37,909 nt of DNA, taken from contig DKAI01000192.1 of NCBI GenBank assembly GCA_002450755.1, positions 1-37,909 of the forward strand, given 5' to 3'. Shown here piece by piece: positions 34,360-37,909 of this stretch (within the stretch, counting starts at the first letter, position 1; every line of letters starts with the position of its first letter). A model generated the notes under the pieces. That model had not been told where the DNA came from and did not search any database. It saw nothing but the letters and a program-made list of their open reading frames with translations. The DNA comes from Deltaproteobacteria bacterium UBA6930. Its GTDB lineage: Bacteria > Myxococcota_A > UBA9160 > UBA6930. Position numbers and translations under genes: made by a program.

Positions 34360-36126
34360 TCAAGGGAGCACTATCGAATAGGCGATACCGCTACGGGGCG
34401 AGCTAGCCGCTTCACAAAGCCCCGAATCAGGATTGCGAGTCACGGCCATGACTCTTCCGTGCTCCCATGGCCCACTTTGAACAATCCGATGCCCCCGTTT
34501 CGACAAATCTGCAATGCACTCTGCATCAATACGAGATTCAGCTGCCATCCAGCCCGGCTTGGCAGTTCGCGGATAAAAAGAGCTTGGCATGTGCAAGCTA
34601 TGTACTGTTGGTGCATCAATCGCTGCCTGCAATTCTTGACTCGGATCAAAGTCAACTATTTCTAGAAAAAACTGCAGTGTCCATTGGTCTTGTTGATCAC
34701 CACCCGGAGTCCCAAAAGCTATCCGTCGACCATCCTGCAATTCGGCCATACTCGGAGTAAGAGTCGTTCGAGGACGTTTATTCGGCTCAACACAATTCGG
34801 GTGATCAGGGTCAAGACTAAACATTTGAGCTCTTGTTCCCAGTGGAAATCCTAGACTTGGAATTACAGGCGAACTCATTATCCATGCACCGCTGGGCGTC
34901 GCTGAAACCATGTTGCCTTGCGTATCAACCGCGTCTAAATGAGTCGTGTCACCCCGCCCCTTTGAAGCAGCAAAGGCCTGTGGCTCGGCCGGTACAGTCT
35001 CTCCTTCCTCGATCCAGGGCCACCCGGCAGGCAACCGACCTACACCTGGCCGTTGTCCGAAAGAAACTTCGTCATTATTCAGAAGGATTCGTCTTTTTTC
35101 CGCATATTCCTCTGAAAGCAGTAGCTTCTCAGGAATTTGTGAGAATTGAGGGTCGCCGTAACAAGCTTCTCTATCAGCAAACGCCAATTTTGCTGCCTCG
35201 ACTATTGTATGCAGAGTGTCTGGAGTGCCTGAACCCATAGAACTCAAATCGAAGCCTGCTAGAAGCTGCAACTGTTGAAGAAAGACCGGGCCTTGGCTCC
35301 AAAATGAACATTTGTGAACTGTAGAGTTTCTATAAACCAAACTAACTGACGGTTCAACCGGTGTCTTATGTCGGGACATATCAGAAGCGGAAAGGAGACC
35401 ACGGCTTAAATTCCCAAAATCGTCACATGCGGGAATTTTCATAAAGCTCTCTATTTCTTCAGCAATTTTCCCACAATAAAATGAATCCCTCACTTTTCGG
35501 ATTCCTTGATCACGACTTTTACCAGGGCTCTTAGAAATAAGAATTAATGATTCAAGTGTGTCCGCCCATTTGAGGTTCTGCACTTTGTCTCCAATATCGG
35601 AAACCGGTAAGTACACTTCGGCACTACTAGGCCAGAATTTTTTAAACTTGTTCGACAAGAGATGCAAGGTATCTCGTAGGAATCCATAATTAGGGAACCC
35701 TTCTCGTGCTAAACGAAGAGCTGGTGTAGCAATTCTTTCAAAAGTCGTTGTACCGAACCTCTCAAGAAGTTCACACCAAGCGCCAAAAGCACCCGGTACA
35801 GTTGCACCCAGCAGGCCACTACCTGGAATTCGATCAAGGCCTAAGGAAACAAATTTATCAACCGAAGCAGATGCAGGTGATACACCTTGTCCGCAAATTA
35901 CGTGATATTTCGAGGTCTTGGCATCAAAGAAAATTATCGGCACTTCACCCGCAGGCCCATTCATATGTGGTTCTAACACCTGAAGCGCCAAACCCATCGC
36001 ACATGCAGAATCGGCTGCATTTCCCCCTTCCCATAAGATCTCTGCTCCGATCGTGGATGCGAGGTAATGCCCCGCGCTGACTGCGCCTCCTGAACCTCGT
36101 AAAGTGGGACGTGTAGTGAAGCTCAC
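34360..36126 (-). CDS. ggt: Gamma-glutamyltransferase family Ntn-hydrolase
   Basis: 'GGNAADSA', 'VPGAFGAW', 'KLAFADR..YGDP', autocleavage Thr 'GDTTH', 'PNKRPRTTLTP', 'FGTPGGD'; GTG start; substrate uncertain. Confidence 0.88.
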   Translation of the reverse strand: MSFTTRPTLRGSGGAVSAGHYLASTIGAEILWEGGNAADSACAMGLALQVLEPHMNGPAGEVPIIFFDAKTSKYHVICGQGVSPASASVDKFVSLGLDRIPGSGLLGATVPGAFGAWCELLERFGTTTFERIATPALRLAREGFPNYGFLRDTLHLLSNKFKKFWPSSAEVYLPVSDIGDKVQNLKWADTLESLILISKSPGKSRDQGIRKVRDSFYCGKIAEEIESFMKIPACDDFGNLSRGLLSASDMSRHKTPVEPSVSLVYRNSTVHKCSFWSQGPVFLQQLQLLAGFDLSSMGSGTPDTLHTIVEAAKLAFADREACYGDPQFSQIPEKLLLSEEYAEKRRILLNNDEVSFGQRPGVGRLPAGWPWIEEGETVPAEPQAFAASKGRGDTTHLDAVDTQGNMVSATPSGAWIMSSPVIPSLGFPLGTRAQMFSLDPDHPNCVEPNKRPRTTLTPSMAELQDGRRIAFGTPGGDQQDQWTLQFFLEIVDFDPSQELQAAIDAPTVHSLHMPSSFYPRTAKPGWMAAESRIDAECIADLSKRGHRIVQSGPWEHGRVMAVTRNPDSGLCEAASSPRSGIAYSIVLP

Positions 36127-36134
36127 TCCTCCTC

Positions 36135-37352
36135 CTATCTAAGCAATTTTTGAAATGTTGGGTCGGCTATATTCCTTAAGGATTTAGCCCGCTCTGGTAA
36201 AGGCCGGTTTTTAAGATGCGCAACGCCGTTCTCTGTCACGACTACATCTGCCAAATAACGTGGTAACGTCGATGGCATTCCTGCCTGCAACTCTCGAACA
36301 ATCCGAGAAATTTTTCCACCCTTTGTCGTAGAAGGAATTGCGATAATACTTCTTCCACCTTTGGAATAGTTTGCTCCCATCGCGAAATCTGGCTGTCCTC
36401 CAGGGCCCGAAACTATTTTCCCTGCAACCCATTCGGAATTTGTAGAACCATCTAGCCCAACCTCTATTGCGGAGTTGATTGCAGTAAATTTCTCATGGGA
36501 GCCTAGAACAGAAGGATGATGAGAATAAGAAGCGGGCGCCATTAGCAGTTTTTCATTCCGATGCATCCACTCAAACAGTTCGAGACTGCCCAATCCTCCT
36601 GCTGCAACGACCAGACCTGGATCCAAGCGATTAGTACTACCGTTAACTGTTCCTGACTCCATCAAGTCAATTACTGGATCGCTAACCATACCGCCGTGCA
36701 CACCAAGATCCTTGTGATCATGCAGACGGTCAAGAATCGCTTTCGGGAGTGTTCCTATGCCAAATTGAATAATTGCACCGTTTTCAATCTCTCCTGCAGC
36801 GTGATCAGCAATTCGCAAATCTATTTCATCCGGTATTATGTCTGGTTGAGCGATAAGTTTTTCTTCGCCGTCAACCAAGATATCAATTTCATCCAAATTA
36901 AGTTCTGTAGCTCCAAATGTGTAAGGCATCTGGGGGTTAACCTGGGCTATTAGAAAAGGTGCCCTTCTGACAGCCTGAGCCGTCTCGCCTCCATTTACAC
37001 CAAGACTAACCTTACCTTCAGGGCCTGGCGGAGAAACTTGAACAAAAGAAAAATCAATAGGCCGAGGACCATCTTCTGAAATAACCTGATCCCATTGCGT
37101 CACAGAGCATTGTAAAACCTCAACATCCTCGTGTTCCACAAGAGAACGAACGGCCCCTGCGGGATGCAGTGCTGAAAGGAAAAACGGTTCGCCGAGTGCT
37201 TTGAAAACAGGTAAATGCTCAAGCGTATAGGGAAGTACAATGTCAATTCGCGTAAATCGATCACGAACATCAAATAATGCTTCCAGAAGGTGCGTCGGTG
37301 GTGCGGAACCAGTCGCCACATGAATTCGGGAACCATCAAAAATTTCATCCAT
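36135..37352 (-). CDS. Acetyl-CoA hydrolase / 4-hydroxybutyrate CoA-transferase family protein
   Basis: 'VQVSPP...G..SLG', 'IAQVNPQMPYTFG', 'QFGIG', 'INSAIEV', 'SGPGGQPDF', 'VVTENGVA.L'; true start probably upstream (CTG 37433). Confidence 0.88.
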   Translation of the reverse strand: MDEIFDGSRIHVATGSAPPTHLLEALFDVRDRFTRIDIVLPYTLEHLPVFKALGEPFFLSALHPAGAVRSLVEHEDVEVLQCSVTQWDQVISEDGPRPIDFSFVQVSPPGPEGKVSLGVNGGETAQAVRRAPFLIAQVNPQMPYTFGATELNLDEIDILVDGEEKLIAQPDIIPDEIDLRIADHAAGEIENGAIIQFGIGTLPKAILDRLHDHKDLGVHGGMVSDPVIDLMESGTVNGSTNRLDPGLVVAAGGLGSLELFEWMHRNEKLLMAPASYSHHPSVLGSHEKFTAINSAIEVGLDGSTNSEWVAGKIVSGPGGQPDFAMGANYSKGGRSIIAIPSTTKGGKISRIVRELQAGMPSTLPRYLADVVVTENGVAHLKNRPLPERAKSLRNIADPTFQKLLR

Positions 37353-37429
37353 TGCAGATCGAGCGCTACGCTGGGTCGCTTTGCGATCTCTTCTGCTAAC
37401 AACAAGCGGGCCTTTATACTCCGGAACAG

Positions 37430-37852
37430 TCAGAGCGATTCTCTAGAGGAAGTATCTGGGGAAAACATTGGTATCGTTAAATTTTCTCGAGTCTCCCAAG
37501 AAACGTGAACAGGCATGCCTATCTCTATATCTTCATTCCCTACTCCAACTATATTTGAAATTATCATCGCTCCCTCTTCCAACTTAATCTGGGCGACGTT
37601 GTAGGGAATATCTTCCGAGAAACTTTCAAAATACTTCTGGTGCATTATTACAAATGACCATACGACTCCCCGCCCCGAGAGTTCTATCCAATGCCAGGAA
37701 TTGTCGTGAGTCTCTGGCGACACGGGCGACGGAGGCAACCAAACACGGCCCGTTTGGTTACAACGCTGAGCGGTCAGCTTGTGCTCTTGGCATGCTTCCC
37801 AAAACTCTCTGTTCCATGGATCAATTCGTGGTTCCGGCTTATATTCCGTCAA
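37430..37852 (-). CDS. DUF35-type Zn-ribbon/OB-fold acyl-CoA-associated protein
   Basis: 'EFWEAC..HKL..QRC', 'W.ELSGRGVVWSF', 'PYNVAQIKLEEG', 'IGMPV.V.W'; TTG 37852 with GGAG SD preferred to ATG 37903. Confidence 0.85.
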   Translation of the reverse strand: MTEYKPEPRIDPWNREFWEACQEHKLTAQRCNQTGRVWLPPSPVSPETHDNSWHWIELSGRGVVWSFVIMHQKYFESFSEDIPYNVAQIKLEEGAMIISNIVGVGNEDIEIGMPVHVSWETRENLTIPMFSPDTSSRESL

Positions 37853-37909
37853 AAGACTATCTCCGAAACAAAAATGATACTGAAAGGTTGGTAGCACACA
37901 CATATTGCA

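Noticed and set aside
8255-36126. Beta-lactam (cephamycin-like) biosynthetic cluster suggested by CefG-like, CmcJ-like and GGT/acylase-like genes
   Set aside because: No ACV synthetase, IPNS or expandase; the genes are scattered and belong to broad families
3320-37903. Longest-ORF starts in the track (3320, 8235, 20559, 21872, 24874, 26593, 32020, 33292, 37903)
   Set aside because: They overlap neighbours or promoters and lack SDs; downstream starts have SDs or stop-start coupling and match family N-termini
1-37909. tRNA, rRNA, tmRNA, SRP, RNase P, CRISPR array, IS/integrase, selenocysteine readthrough or programmed frameshift
   Set aside because: No hallmark motifs, spaced repeats, transposase ORFs or split genes were seen by eye; a covariance-model scan would be needed to fully exclude small RNAs

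Overview
This is a gene-dense bacterial chromosomal segment with about 40 CDS and no rRNA, tRNA, CRISPR array or mobile element visible. It is made almost entirely of catabolic and redox enzyme paralogues: 2 N-acyl-D-amino-acid deacylases, 3 luciferase-like (LLM, probably F420-type) oxidoreductases, 2 PhyH-type and 1 CmcJ/NvfI-type 2OG-Fe(II) oxygenases, a Rieske oxygenase alpha subunit, a tungsten-type aldehyde:ferredoxin oxidoreductase with a MoaD-like partner, a single-chain BC-BCCP-CT acyl-CoA carboxylase plus a stand-alone carboxyltransferase, 2 SDRs, 2 VOC proteins, 2 nitroreductases and several CoA-related enzymes. A LolA-like/beta-barrel pair indicates a diderm host. A Myxococcota/Binatia/SAR324-like heterotroph is my inference only. 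No DNA-binding regulator or inner-membrane transporter was recognised. The least explained locus is 14150-15097. It holds a Gly-rich RRM RNA-binding protein gene, a downstream 58-aa basic/acidic microprotein missing from the ORF track, and non-coding spacers on both sides of the RRM gene that fold by eye into extensive minus-strand RNA structure. Together these look like a self-contained post-transcriptional module. Other oddities are a MoaD-like protein with a C-terminal extension after GG, an alpha/beta hydrolase with a rewired catalytic triad, and a DUF35 / CoA-transferase / GGT operon in which each member departs from its canonical motif, with a probable CTG start. All calls rest on motif recognition by eye; no searches or folding programs were run.
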